From: Candidatus Bathyarchaeota archaeon
Lineage (GTDB): Archaea; Thermoproteota; Bathyarchaeia; 40CM-2-53-6
DNA length: 64,000 nt
Assembly (NCBI GenBank): GCA_963833125.1
Contig: CAWHWX010000028.1
Location: forward strand, 32,001 to 96,000
Reading direction: 5' to 3'
The position numbers and the translations under genes were made by a program. Below the pieces are notes generated by a model. It was not told the origin of the DNA and did not search any database. It saw only the letters and a program-made list of their open reading frames with translations. How positions within the stretch are numbered: position 1 is the first letter of the stretch; every line of letters starts with the position of its first letter. This document shows, in pieces, positions 22,869-33,675 of this stretch.

Positions 22869-23900
22869 TCACGCAGTGAGAGTGTGCGGGGTGCTTGTCC
22901 TTTTGGGCAGGCGGCAACTCGACTCTCGAACCATCAGCGTTGGTTCGATATAGATCGGCGCTTTGGGGGCAGGCTTTCCCGTCATTATTCCGATAAGGAC
23001 GGACGCCGCAGCCTTTCCAATCTCGATAGAATGCGTATCCACAGTGCTCAAGGGAACACGTAAGTCCTCGCCATAGCGTACGCTGCCCACCCCGATGATG
23101 CCGAGGTCGTGGGGTACCCGCAATCCCTGTTCCTGGATCGCTCGCATTGCACCAATTGCTACCGGGTCGCTGGCGGCGAATATTGCATCGGGCCGAGGGC
23201 GCAATTGTAGGAGTTGTCTTGTCGCCTCATATCCTCCAGCCTCTCCCAGTGCGTCCACGACGAAATTACGGCGAACACGCATACCCGCCTCCCGCAGCGC
23301 CCGCACATATCCCTGATAGCGGCCTAGCCCGGTGGGCACGATGCGCCTGCACAAATGCGCGATTTCGCGGTACCCTTGTGCGACCAAGTGTTTCGTTGCC
23401 ATGAACCCAATACGTTCATCGTCCGCACCCACGAATGGCGACGACTGATAGAAGCGGTCAAACAACACAAAGGGCACGCCGGATGCTTCCATAATTTTCT
23501 TGACCGCATTTTTACCCGGGGGATGGGCGGAGGCGATGATCAGTCCATCCACCTGCCTGTCCACGAGCGTCGTAATCTCCTCATCTTCCTGTGCCGGAAC
23601 GTCATCCGTATAAGCGATTGCAAGATGATACCCCGCGTTTCGCGCAACCAGGTTGATCCCTTCCAAGACGCTGGGGTAGAAAGAACGAGACAGGTTGGGA
23701 ACCACGACCCCTATGACATGAGATTCTTGCAGGGCCAAACTGCGCGCCAGCCGGTTGGGGCGATAATTCAGTTCCTTAACCTTTTTTAGAACGCGTTTTC
23801 GGGTCGCCTCGTTAAAATCTTCACGATTTTGGAGGATAGCGCTCACCGTGGAGATGGACAAATTCAGAGCCTGCGCCACATCTTTGAGTCGAACTGGCAT
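22869..23900 (-). CDS. LacI family transcriptional regulator
   Basis: 'LKDVAQALNLSISTVS', 'LNYRPN', 'PDAIFAASD', 'LMVRES'. Confidence 0.95.
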   Translation of the reverse strand: MPVRLKDVAQALNLSISTVSAILQNREDFNEATRKRVLKKVKELNYRPNRLARSLALQESHVIGVVVPNLSRSFYPSVLEGINLVARNAGYHLAIAYTDDVPAQEDEEITTLVDRQVDGLIIASAHPPGKNAVKKIMEASGVPFVLFDRFYQSSPFVGADDERIGFMATKHLVAQGYREIAHLCRRIVPTGLGRYQGYVRALREAGMRVRRNFVVDALGEAGGYEATRQLLQLRPRPDAIFAASDPVAIGAMRAIQEQGLRVPHDLGIIGVGSVRYGEDLRVPLSTVDTHSIEIGKAAASVLIGIMTGKPAPKAPIYIEPTLMVRESSCRLPKRTSTPHTLTA

Positions 23901-24050
23901 GGCGGCGGACGCACTCCTTTTGAACCGCGTTCATCTGGATCCAGTCATCAAATCGGAAGGCGAACTATTGTAAATGACGAACAGATTCAGACGCTTCGTC
24001 GCCATCGGAGTCTGGTCAATTTGCGTTGAACTATGTTCAGTGTTCCGTGG

Positions 24051-24147
24051 TCAGAGAGTCTGGGCCGGGCGGCCAGCGCGTATGGCAATACGGCGGCTTG
24101 AATCGCGGACAATCAACCGGGGCTCTAGAAAAACAGGTCCTGGTGGC
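24051..24147 (-). pseudogene. C-terminal remnant of a second LacI regulator
   Basis: 'PPGPVFLEPRLIVRDSS' parallels 'APIYIEPTLMVRESS' of the neighbouring LacI; the upstream part is replaced by TonB-receptor sequence. Confidence 0.5.
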
Positions 24148-24992
24148 CAACCTTCAGCGGCACCGTGGCCCAAGCCTTGCGTCCGTTCCCGCAGTACACA
24201 GGTATTGGCCAGCCCATGCAAACCTCCGGTTGGTCCCATTACAATGCCCTGCAAATGAAAGCACAGCGGCAGTTTAGCAATGGATTCTCGCTCTTTGTCA
24301 CCTACACGTATGCCAGCCTCCTGACGACCTCCGAGTCACAGCACCAATACCTCGATGCGACCGGTGGTTCACAAAACAGTTATAACTACTCTGGGGAAGA
24401 GACGCCGTCTGCTTCTCTTCCTCCACAAGTGCTGAATGTCGCGTACGTTTATGAACTGCCTTTCGGTCGCGGCAAGAAATTCGGTCCTCACTCCGGTGCC
24501 GCAAACGCAGTATTCGGAGGCTGGAGGGTTTCAGCTATTCAGCGCTACCAGTCGGGAACACCGATTGCAATAGGCCTCGGCGAAACTCCAACGCAACCAG
24601 GTCCATTGTTCAACAACGCATTTCGTCCCGATTTCACTGGTTTACCGATCAAGGCGCAGTGGGTAGGGAAGTTTAATCCATATACTGATGTTTATTTGAA
24701 CCCAGCCGCATTTTCTATCCCCGCTCCCTTTACCTTAGGGAACGTTCCTCGCACCCTGGGAAGTGTCAGAACATTCGCCTGGTACAACGAAGATGTCAGT
24801 TTGGCCAAGGAGTTCAAAATTGGGGAGCGCTTTAACTTTACCCTCCAGGGTAGCGCCTTCAATATTTTCAACCGAACTCTCTTTGGCGGTCCGGACGGGG
24901 GCAACCCAGGCACCAATTCTGACTACGGGCATATTAATAGTCAGGCCAACTCCGCGCGTGTACTGCAAATTTCAGGTGACTTGAAGTTTTAA
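24148..24992 (+). CDS. TonB-dependent receptor (Oar-like), C-terminal fragment
   Basis: 'AQALRPFPQY', 'YNALQ', 'YELPFGRGK', 'AFNIFN', terminal 'LKF'. Confidence 0.85.
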
Positions 24993-25022
24993 GATTCTCT
25001 GAGGCGGAGTAAAAGAAACGAG

Positions 25023-25056
25023 AGCCGGCGTGCCACTCACGCCGGCTTGCTTTATT
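25023..25056 (+). terminator. probable intrinsic terminator
   Basis: AGCCGGCGTG-ccact-CACGCCGGCT hairpin followed by TGCTTTATT. Confidence 0.65.
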
Positions 25057-25280
25057 CCTTGGAAAGTAATTCTCTGGACGGTGTAAACAATCTGGCCTGC
25101 TGCTGATGGGCGATGGTATCTCTTGCGCACCTGCCGTGAAAAAGTGCTTTATTAGGGGTGATTGCGCAAAGCCTGATGTCGATCAACCGCTTGCCACAAG
25201 GCCACGTGGTAAAATTCTTACTAGCCCGAATGGCCGTACGCTGGGAACCCCTTCTGCCGCCAACGGTGAAAACACAATGC

Positions 25281-25357
25281 AGGCGCGTAGCTCAGTTGGT
25301 TAGAGCGCTACCTTGACACGGTAGAGGTCGCTGGTTCGAGTCCAGTCGTGCCTACCA
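25281..25357 (+). tRNA. tRNA-Val(GAC)
   Basis: AGGCGCGTAGCTCAGTTGGTTAGAGCG-CTACC TTGACAC GGTAG-...GGTTCGAGTCC..CCTACCA. Confidence 0.97.
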
Positions 25358-25573
25358 TTTATCCTATCAATCCGCCGCGAGCCGCGCGGTCTCTTCGGGT
25401 TTTCGTTTTAGAGGCCATTTTTTGATCTTAAAGTATGGTTTGCCGTGCCGAAGTCCAAGCTCGATAATCTGTAACTCCCCGCTTAGCCCCGGTAGACTTA
25501 TGGACAACTAATGAAAAAGGCAATTCATTTGTGCAATACTAACAAGCGACATCATCTTCAATAGGGTAGGCAT

Positions 25574-26731
25574 ATTCAAACGACCGATAAACCGCTAACG
25601 AACTTTCTCGTCCTCGACTTCAGCCAATTCCTTTCTGGATCACTGGCGACGTTACGCCTTGCCGACCTAGGGGCTCGTGTCATCAAGATTGAACGGCCAG
25701 GGAAGGGAGATCTTGGCAGGTCTTTATATATAAGCGGTAGCGCTGCGCACGGAGAGAACACGCTCTTTCAAGCGATCAACCGCAACAAAGAAAGTTATGC
25801 CGCCGATCTGAAAAACCCGCAGGACATGGATAGGTTGCAAAAGCTGATCGCGCGGGCCGATGTCATGGTGCAGAATTTTCGGCCGGGAGTGATGGAACGT
25901 CTCGGACTTGGCCATGAGCGTGTGTCCGGGCTCAATCCCAAGTTGGTTTATGCTGCCGTTACCGGCTACGGGACGGCGGAGGCATGGCGGGACCGCCCGG
26001 GACAGGATCTGCTAGCGCAGGCTCGCTCGGGAATCATGTGGCTGAGCGGGAATGAAGGCGACCCGCCGACTCCCATGGCGCTGGCTGCTGCCGATATGCT
26101 CGCAGGTCACAATCTTTGCGAGGGCATTCTGGCGTGTTTGGTGCGCCGCGGTATCACGGGGCGCGGCGGGCTGGTCGAGACCAGCTTGATCGAGTCAATA
26201 CTGGATTTTCAATTTGAGGTTCTCACCGTTCATTTGAACGATGGCCGCAAGCTTCCACGGCGCGCAGCCTTTCGCAATGCCCACGCGTATCTAGCCGCTC
26301 CCTACGGCGTTTACGATACTGCGGATGGGCACCTCGCGCTTGCTATGAATCATCTGCCCACCTTGGCGGAGTTGCTCGGGCTACCCAAACTCGCTAAGTT
26401 TAGCGACTCAGCCGCTTTTCAAAATCGGGATGAGATCAAGAATGTTATCGCGGCTCGCCTGCGGGAGCACACGACCCAACACTGGCTCAAAATACTGGAT
26501 GCCGCCGACATGTGGTGTGCGGAGGTGTTGGACTGGCCCTCTCTCCTCGAGAGCGAAGCCATGCGACAACTCAAAATGGTGCAACAACTCAGTGGCAGCG
26601 AGGGCGATTGCGACGGAATTCTCACGACCCGTTGTCCGGTTCGCCTCGATGGCGAGATGCTGACGAGTAATCGTTTCGCACCCAAGGTTGGCGAACATAC
26701 CGGAAAAATTCAACAGGAATTTGGGATTTAG
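25574..26731 (+). CDS. CaiB/BaiF family III CoA-transferase (no canonical start codon at the expected position)
   Basis: In-frame upstream 'VLDFSQFLSG..LADLGARVIKIERP..NRNK', then 'QNFRPG', 'PGQDLLAQA', 'APYGVY'. Confidence 0.85.
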   Translation: MQTTDKPLTNFLVLDFSQFLSGSLATLRLADLGARVIKIERPGKGDLGRSLYISGSAAHGENTLFQAINRNKESYAADLKNPQDMDRLQKLIARADVMVQNFRPGVMERLGLGHERVSGLNPKLVYAAVTGYGTAEAWRDRPGQDLLAQARSGIMWLSGNEGDPPTPMALAAADMLAGHNLCEGILACLVRRGITGRGGLVETSLIESILDFQFEVLTVHLNDGRKLPRRAAFRNAHAYLAAPYGVYDTADGHLALAMNHLPTLAELLGLPKLAKFSDSAAFQNRDEIKNVIAARLREHTTQHWLKILDAADMWCAEVLDWPSLLESEAMRQLKMVQQLSGSEGDCDGILTTRCPVRLDGEMLTSNRFAPKVGEHTGKIQQEFGI

Positions 26732-26785
26732 ATATTGGTTTCCGTCGCCACTTCTAATTGGAGCGGGGTCAGCGGTTTCTCCGTT

Positions 26786-27589
26786 TTACACGGCAAAAAG
26801 AACTTTGCCGCCAATGACCGATGAGAGTTCGGTGCTTGCCATTCGCAATGCTTCCTTTACTTGGGCTGGGCCAATCGAGTTATCCACCCATGGCAACAAG
26901 GGAACCGTCATGGCTGCGATTGCTTCGCCATGTTGATCGAGAACCGGGAACCCGATGTCAATAATTCCCTGTATCTGGTGGCTGGCCAGTTCTTCATTTC
27001 CCAACCGCCGAATGCGTGCCAGATGTTCTTGCAGATCCCGGGGAATTTTCTTGCCCGATTGACTCTGCCAGATGGCCAGCGAACGGGCGCAGGCTTCCTC
27101 GCTTTGAAACGCAAGGATCGTATGACCCGAGGTTGTATTGAGTAGATCGATTCTGGCGCCCAAGCGTACAGAAAACCCCATGGGGCCTGGCGGATCGGCC
27201 TTGGCGACGACGACTACTTCGCCATTGCTGAGCATGGCAAGATGGCACGACTGGCGGGTCTTGTCGGCTACGCGTTCCAGCAGGGGACGCGCCTCCGAAA
27301 CCAGGCGGTGCAACGGGGCGTGGCGCTGCGCCACTTCAAACAGCTTGAGCGTCAGAAAATAGCGGTCATCCGGCGGAATCTGGCAAATATACCCGCGTTG
27401 TTCGAGACGAACCAGCATGCGAAAAATCTCGCCCACGGTTCGGCCCAGACGGCGCGCGAGTTCACTGGCGGTTAATCCGTCCGATTCGGAGGCGAATAGT
27501 TCCAGAATATCGAGGCCTTTGTCGAGGGCAGGCGCTGCGTAACGCTTCTTTGGGGGCTTGCGCGATTGGCGTTCCGGTAGATTGCGCAT
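26786..27589 (-). CDS. IclR family transcriptional regulator
   Basis: 'APALDKGLDILE' HTH and IclR effector domain. Confidence 0.93.
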   Translation of the reverse strand: MRNLPERQSRKPPKKRYAAPALDKGLDILELFASESDGLTASELARRLGRTVGEIFRMLVRLEQRGYICQIPPDDRYFLTLKLFEVAQRHAPLHRLVSEARPLLERVADKTRQSCHLAMLSNGEVVVVAKADPPGPMGFSVRLGARIDLLNTTSGHTILAFQSEEACARSLAIWQSQSGKKIPRDLQEHLARIRRLGNEELASHQIQGIIDIGFPVLDQHGEAIAAMTVPLLPWVDNSIGPAQVKEALRMASTELSSVIGGKVLFAV

Positions 27590-27604
27590 AGGCGAACCAG
27601 CCTA

Positions 27605-28152
27605 CTACAACTTTGCACTGATGAAAATCGCCTGGCGCTTGGAAGATCTCGCCGATCCTGGAATCTCACCAAGGCCCATGCCATTCGTGGACAAGTTCCC
27701 AATCGTTTTGGACTGAGAATTGAGATTCGCACATAAAATGCTGGGGCTGACTGGATATCCATCGGGATGCACCATGTCGGATACGCGAACATAGCTTGCA
27801 CTCATGTACCGGTTGATCAGGGACGTCACATAACCAGCACCAAACCCATTATCAATATTCTCTACGGTCACATTCGACGCGCAGGAGTTTATCATGCCCA
27901 GGAGGGCTGCGAGTCCGTTGAACGCAGCACCGTAGCCGATGCTTGTGGGCACCGCGGTGGCTGGCACGCCGACCAAGCCGCCGACCACGCTGGGCAGCGC
28001 GCCCTCCATGCCCGCGCAGACAAGCCGAGATCTTCAAAGGGGAGATGCCGCAGCCGCTCTACGGCCTCGTCAAGCGAAAGCCTGCCACCGCGAACTTGCT
28101 CAAGCAATTTGCGAACGAATTGTGCGCTGGGTTGGGACTTCCGGAATGTCAA
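27605..28152 (-). pseudogene. larB: larB (nickel-pincer cofactor biosynthesis) pseudogene with internal deletion
   Basis: N-terminal '[10 protein letters not shown]' fused out of frame to C-terminal '[30 protein letters not shown]'. Confidence 0.75.
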
Positions 28153-28276
28153 GCGATGCGACCGCCTGGATAACGCGCAAATACTTCAGGATCGTATAAG
28201 GGAATATTTTGAAGTCGCCCTTGGAAAGCGGGTGATTAGATTCCCCCTCCCGGCACCAGCAGTTTCTAACTGAGTG

Positions 28277-28666
28277 TTACTGAAAGTGTTGTTTCTTCTG
28301 GTTCCCGTTCTCGTCTAGCCCTTGCGCCAGCCACGCTTGCTTCTGCACTTCGTCCAGACGGTCTTCTGCTTCCTTAATCCAATGCTCGTATGTCTTTCGG
28401 ATTTCCCTCTCTGACGTGCCGACCCACTTGCTCACGTGCGCCACTGACACGCCTTGCGCCAACCACTCGCTGATGCGGAAGTGACGGAAGCCGTGCGGTG
28501 TCATCTTCACACCAGCTTCACGGAAGACTTTGTAGAGTCGTTCACGCCATTCGCGATATGTACCTGGGAACGCGGGGGAACCCAGAGCCTCAAGCTGCTT
28601 TGCCAACGAGGACGAGATTCGAACACGGAACCGCTCGCGCGTCTTATGGCGGTTGTTGCGGATCAA
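28277..28666 (-). mobile_element. tyrosine recombinase/integrase C-terminal fragment
   Basis: 'TPHGFRH', 'VSKWVG..Y' catalytic region; N-terminal part missing. Confidence 0.75.
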
Positions 28667-29234
28667 TGTCCCGTCTTCCAGAGTCGCCGGAGGGAATTGC
28701 TCAGCATTACATCGGTGCCTCGATTTCTCTCGTGGGCGTGACCCTCACCCCGTCACTCCCCTAGCTGCCTGAAAAAACCGAGGTTTCGTGGACTAAGGTT
28801 TCGTAAACCGACACCCACGGACATGTGCCAGAATCCCCGGTCCAGCACTTGCGCCTCGCACTCAAAAGACGTCACATAATTCGCCACGAATCCCTTGTCG
28901 ACGCTGTCCCGGAATCTACAGTTCTTGAACCATGTTCTCATGCTAGAAAGCAAGGACTATTTGATAGTCAGGCGGTGACCCTGTGCCGCGAAAGACGGTG
29001 ATCCACAGCGGGATGAAAGACCCGCTCGGGAACTGGATCGCTCCACCGGGTAACAAACGCGCGGCGTTCTAAATGTCGGCCACAATGCACTCCTCGTGAT
29101 TGCGAGTAGACTGTTGGTAAATCCCAACGGGTCGTCGAGAACTCGCTCCGAGTTCACACGGCGACACGAGAATTGTGGCTAACATCTGGTCTCTCGGAGT
29201 GCGGGGTATGGCGGAGTGGATCGGGGGAAAAAGC

Positions 29235-30385
29235 ATGAAATCGCAGATCAAGCTGGGAACGGTGTTCGGAGTTGAACTCGGGCTTCACTACAGCTGGTTA
29301 GTAATAGCGCTGCTGATCATTTTTTCGCCGGTCGCACAATTCCATGCCGTGAATCGCGATTGGAGTGATGCTTTGGTGTGGAGCACAGCCATCATCACGG
29401 GCTTGCTGTTCTTTGCCTGCTTGTTCGCGCACGAGTTATCTCACGCCGTCGTCGCCAAGGCCCGCGGAATTCCAGTCCACAAAATTACTCTGTTCTTGCT
29501 TGGGGGCGTCGCCCAAATCGAGGAAGAAGCATCCGACCCGAAGACGGAATTCTGGATGGCCATTGTCGGGCCCATCACCAGCGGACTTCTTGGGCTGGCC
29601 ATGTTCGGTTTAGCCAGGCTTTCTGGCTGGACTCTGTGGGCTTCGCCGACAACACCTGGGACAGCACTGCTGGTGTGGCTGGGCTACATCAATCTTGCCC
29701 TGGGCGCGTTCAACATGATTCCAGGCTTTCCGCTCGATGGTGGTCGCGTGCTGCACGCTATTCTGTGGTGGGCGATGGAGGACGCTGAGCCGCAACGCGG
29801 GCAGCGGCATTCGTGGGGCAGGTCATCGCCGTTTTATTTATTACCTTTGGAATTTTCCGGTTCTTTCAGGGAGCAGGCCTGGGGGGACTCTGGATTGCCT
29901 TTATTGGTTCCTTTTGCAAGCAGCTGGCGCCACGCTCATACAGGTCCAAACGGGCACACTTCTCCGCGGCCTGCACGTTAAAGATGTGATGTCGACAGAC
30001 AGTTATGCGGTGGATCCCGAGCTTTCAGTACAGGAGTTCGTTAACGAGCACTTGCTTCGTACCGGCCGACGCTGCTTCCTGGTGGTCCAGGATGGGCGTC
30101 TGCTCGGTCTGATCACACCCAACGAAGTGCGCACGGTCGAGCAGCGAGCATGGCCGCTCACAGCCGTCCGTACCGTAATGCGTTCAGCGGATAAGGTCCA
30201 TTTTGTTTCTCGTGACATGCCCGCGATGGAGGCGCTGGAGATCATGGGACGCGAAGACGTCAATCAGTCTGTCCGACATTATCGGCGGCTGAGTTGAAGG
30301 TATTGTGTCCCGTGCTCATGTGTTGCAGGTACTGCGATCACGTGCGGAACTGAAGATGCCCCCGAGTCTGCCCCGAGCCGCATGA
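29235..30385 (+). pseudogene. site-2 protease (M50) with CBS domains, frameshifted
   Basis: 'AHELSH', '[14 protein letters not shown]', CBS 'VKDVMS..GLIT' across frames. Confidence 0.8.
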
Positions 30386-30546
30386 GAATGCGGTCGTCTT
30401 CGATAAAGCAATTGCAGCACCGCACTCCGACTCTGAGCGAACACTTCTCAGGTAAGCTGGCTAACAAGTGACTGGTATCACTGCTAGCCGATCCCTCCGC
30501 GGGCATACTTAATGTGGGCACCGTGCCCATTGAGGAGGAACTCCAA

Positions 30547-30715
30547 TGACCGCCAGGTCAAAATCTTGGAAACCTCGCTCACCCAAGCCTGATTTCGAGG
30601 GACATCGGAAGTCATCCGTCAACGCGCCTATGAGTTATACCAGCACCGCGGCAGGGTTGACGGATTCGCCTTAGACGACAGGTTGTCCAAGCGGAGACCG
30701 GAGATACTGTCTTTG
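30547..30715 (+). pseudogene. DUF2934-like remnant
   Basis: 'EVIRQRAYELYQHRGRVDGFALDD'; SD GAGGAGG upstream; frame broken. Confidence 0.5.
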
Positions 30716-30976
30716 ATTTAATTCCGGATCCCCCACGATCATGGAAGCAAAGATGCGTCCAATGGCTTGCTAAAAGCGCGTGGGAAAAGTGAGGGCCTCA
30801 CAATCCGATAGCGAAACGAGTCTGCGAGGGAAATATCGCCTCGGAGGAAACCGGAACCACCCTTTCGTATGCACAGCCGATATTGGTAGAACCGAGGATG
30901 GCAGAGCATTTTCGTATGCATTTTTCATTACCAGACACTAGTCGCTACGGACCGGGGGCATCCCCACACCATAAGT

Positions 30977-31489
30977 TTGAAACTGCGGGACATGAACCAA
31001 CTCTTCAATTCAATGGACCCTTCTCCGTTCATTGAAAAGGATCTCGACGACGACGCAGAAGAATTCATCGTGAGCTGGGCCCAAGAATTCTCCCCTAAAG
31101 CTCCGATCAAATTGCGCATCTACTTGGACCAGTGGCCGGCCGAAGACCCCAAAGAACTGATCAGGACGGCCGTCCACAATCACTTTGCTCACCGTGCCAA
31201 AATCACTGACCTGGAGTTCAAGCGCCTCCTAAGGCAAGGCCGCACCAGTCTTTTCATCGGGCTGCTGTTCTTGGCTGCATGTCTAATTCTCAGCAAGATC
31301 TTGTTGGGTCATGAGGCGGGCACTTGGGCTGCCATCGTGCGGGAGAGCCTCACGATTGCCGGATGGGTCGCCATGTGGCGACCCATGCAGATCTATCTTT
31401 ACGATTGGTGGCCTCTGCTGCGACGGAGCCGGATTTATGCCAAGCTGAGCCACATGCCCGTGGAACTCGTCCAAAAAGGCAAGAGTTGA
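30977..31489 (+). CDS. hypothetical membrane protein
   Basis: 'QLFNSMDPSPF.EKDLD', two TM helices, 'GWVAMWRP'. Confidence 0.75.
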   Translation: MKLRDMNQLFNSMDPSPFIEKDLDDDAEEFIVSWAQEFSPKAPIKLRIYLDQWPAEDPKELIRTAVHNHFAHRAKITDLEFKRLLRQGRTSLFIGLLFLAACLILSKILLGHEAGTWAAIVRESLTIAGWVAMWRPMQIYLYDWWPLLRRSRIYAKLSHMPVELVQKGKS

Positions 31490-31578
31490 GAAGTCTCTCT
31501 GTGCGAGGCTTGGGCGGGCGTTGCATCTGTGCCCAAACTTTGTGAAGTCTCATCATTAGAACGCGAACGGCAGGCGGT

Positions 31579-32286
31579 TTGATGCCTACAACGTGCCCGA
31601 CATCCACGGAGGATACCAATGTCTGTTGTGGGCAGGCTGAACCAATTCGACGCATTTCTCCGTGGCCAAAAGGGCGGGCAATCTACGTCGCCTGCCAAGT
31701 GAAAGCTGCCCGCAAGAATGGCCAACAGGGCGGGCGTAAAAGAAACAGAACCTTGGGTGAAACCTTGCTTCGCCGAAAATTAAATCCGACAGATGGGAAG
31801 GCAATTGACGAAGCGTATATGCAACTAACCATGAGGGAGCAGGAAAAATTCAGAAAGTACTTCGGGCTACCGAACAACCCACATCTTGACGCAAGTGATT
31901 TTGCTTCACCCACACGCAAGCCCGCACCGGAAATGCAACACATATTTAGAAAGTTTCGTCTTGTGGCGCGGCATCTCCTTCTACGGTCTCCCGCGCCCCG
32001 GCCACGGAAACCCTATGTAATTGGTATGAGCAACGCTCGTCCCAAGAGCAGGAGTGTTGGGAACGGCAGCATCCAACCGTGCCATGCCCTCCCCGGAAGA
32101 AACGAATTTACTTTAAGGAAACCATCCTGCTACAGATTCTTGGACTTGCTACTCTCCAAGAATCCTAACCGCTCGTTCACGTTGGAAGATGTTAAGGCGA
32201 ATGACGTTGGGCACTTCTCAGACAAAGTATATGAGGCAGTGCTCGACGAGCTTAGATTCAAGTACCCACTTCCGCAAGCGCCGTAA
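31579..32286 (+). CDS. hypothetical basic protein (island or phage-like)
   Basis: 235-aa ORF, lower GC, no family recognised. Confidence 0.45.
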   Translation: MMPTTCPTSTEDTNVCCGQAEPIRRISPWPKGRAIYVACQVKAARKNGQQGGRKRNRTLGETLLRRKLNPTDGKAIDEAYMQLTMREQEKFRKYFGLPNNPHLDASDFASPTRKPAPEMQHIFRKFRLVARHLLLRSPAPRPRKPYVIGMSNARPKSRSVGNGSIQPCHALPGRNEFTLRKPSCYRFLDLLLSKNPNRSFTLEDVKANDVGHFSDKVYEAVLDELRFKYPLPQAP

Positions 32287-32639
32287 CACACACCTGCCAA
32301 TCCGAAGCCGATAAGCTTCCGGGCCACAAAAACCGTTTCCTGAATCCACCAAAATTTGAGTTCCTGCAAAGGAAACGCGGGGCGCACGCGCCATATCGCG
32401 GGAATGCAGCGCCCCACGGCCCGAACCCTCTTTTAGGGAGCGTTCGGATTGGATACCCCGGAGTTGCAATCAAGCACGCTGCAATCTACTCTCGTTCCAG
32501 CAACGGTAACGATAAGGCGGAAACGAGGACCATCGTTGAGCCGCCGAACAGGACAAAGTGGTAGCGTGTTGCAACAAAACCAAACCGCGTGGAATCCAGT
32601 TGCCCCAGCCTATGGGTGATTCTGGATTGACACGCCCGA

Positions 32640-32792
32640 ATGCAGAAAACGACGCACGGGTTGCATTAGGGCATTGCCCCACTCGCAGTCTTGCCCGGCG
32701 AAAGCTGCGGGAGCACATCGAAAAGGAAGGCGTAAATGAAAAGGCGTCCTTCATGTCATCAACAAGCCCGGCAATAACTTTCCGTGAGCGAG
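32640..32792 (+). pseudogene. possible integrase N-terminal remnant
   Basis: 'RSLARRKLREHIEKEGVN...PAITFRE' resembles arm regions of acidobacterial integrases; weak. Confidence 0.3.
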
Positions 32793-33531
32793 TGGAATCG
32801 TCGACTCGCTCTGGCTTAAGAAACCAGGAGCAACTCCAGTCGAGTACGAGGATCTCTGTCGCCAAATCGAATTGCAACTACATTTCCCAATTGAGTTTGA
32901 GGGGCTCTACAAGTGGATCGTTTTTCTGAACTCGCGAACCGATTCACGCATCCCAGTCCTAAACCGGTACTATGGTGTATTTCAAAACGGAAAACTCAAA
33001 CTTCGAGGCATCGACCTCAGGAAACATGACACGCCCGGAATCGTAAAGCATTGTCAATCCGATATGCTAGACCTGCTCGCAAAAGCAGAGAACTCCCAAG
33101 AGTTCAAAGCACTCATACCCGAAGCTCTCACCATCGTCAAATCTTACGCCAACCTGCTCCAACAGGGGTCTGTACCCGTGGAGGATTTGGCAATTGAGAA
33201 GCGTCTCAGCAAAAACCCCAGCGAATACCGAAACATGGTTCCGCAAAGCATCGCTGCCCAACACCTCGTTCGGGAAGGCATGAAAATTCATGCAGGTCAG
33301 ACAATCAGCTACATGCTAACGTACGATAAGTCGCGGATAACTCAGAACCGGGCTCTCCCAACGGAGTTAGTAAACGAAGACTCTAGCTTCGACTCTAAAC
33401 GTTACGTTGACCTCCTACTCTCCTCAACCACTAACCTCCTACTCCCATTCGGATACAACCCAAACTATCCAAAGGGTGTCCCTTACCTAAATCAAAACCA
33501 TAGAAAGCGCACTTTCGACCATACGGCTTAA
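32793..33531 (+). CDS. archaeal family B DNA polymerase PolB2, C-terminal fragment
   Basis: In-frame 'GIVDSLW' (variant motif C), 'FEGLYKWIVFL', 'LNRYYG', 'KLRGIDLRKHDTP'. Confidence 0.85.
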
Positions 33532-33675
33532 CCCTTAACGGTTTCAGGTCAAGCCATAGCTACACGCCCACGGAATTTTACGTGCCAGTGAAACATGTTT
33601 TCGCTTTCAAGGCTCCAATCCTAATAAGTGGAAATCCTCAGAATAGTATCGTCCAGACTAGAGGAGGTGCTTTCA

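Noticed and set aside
24051-24254. 67-aa ORF as a real gene
   Set aside because: It is a chimera of a LacI C-terminus and antisense TonB-receptor sequence across a probable contig join at ~24147.
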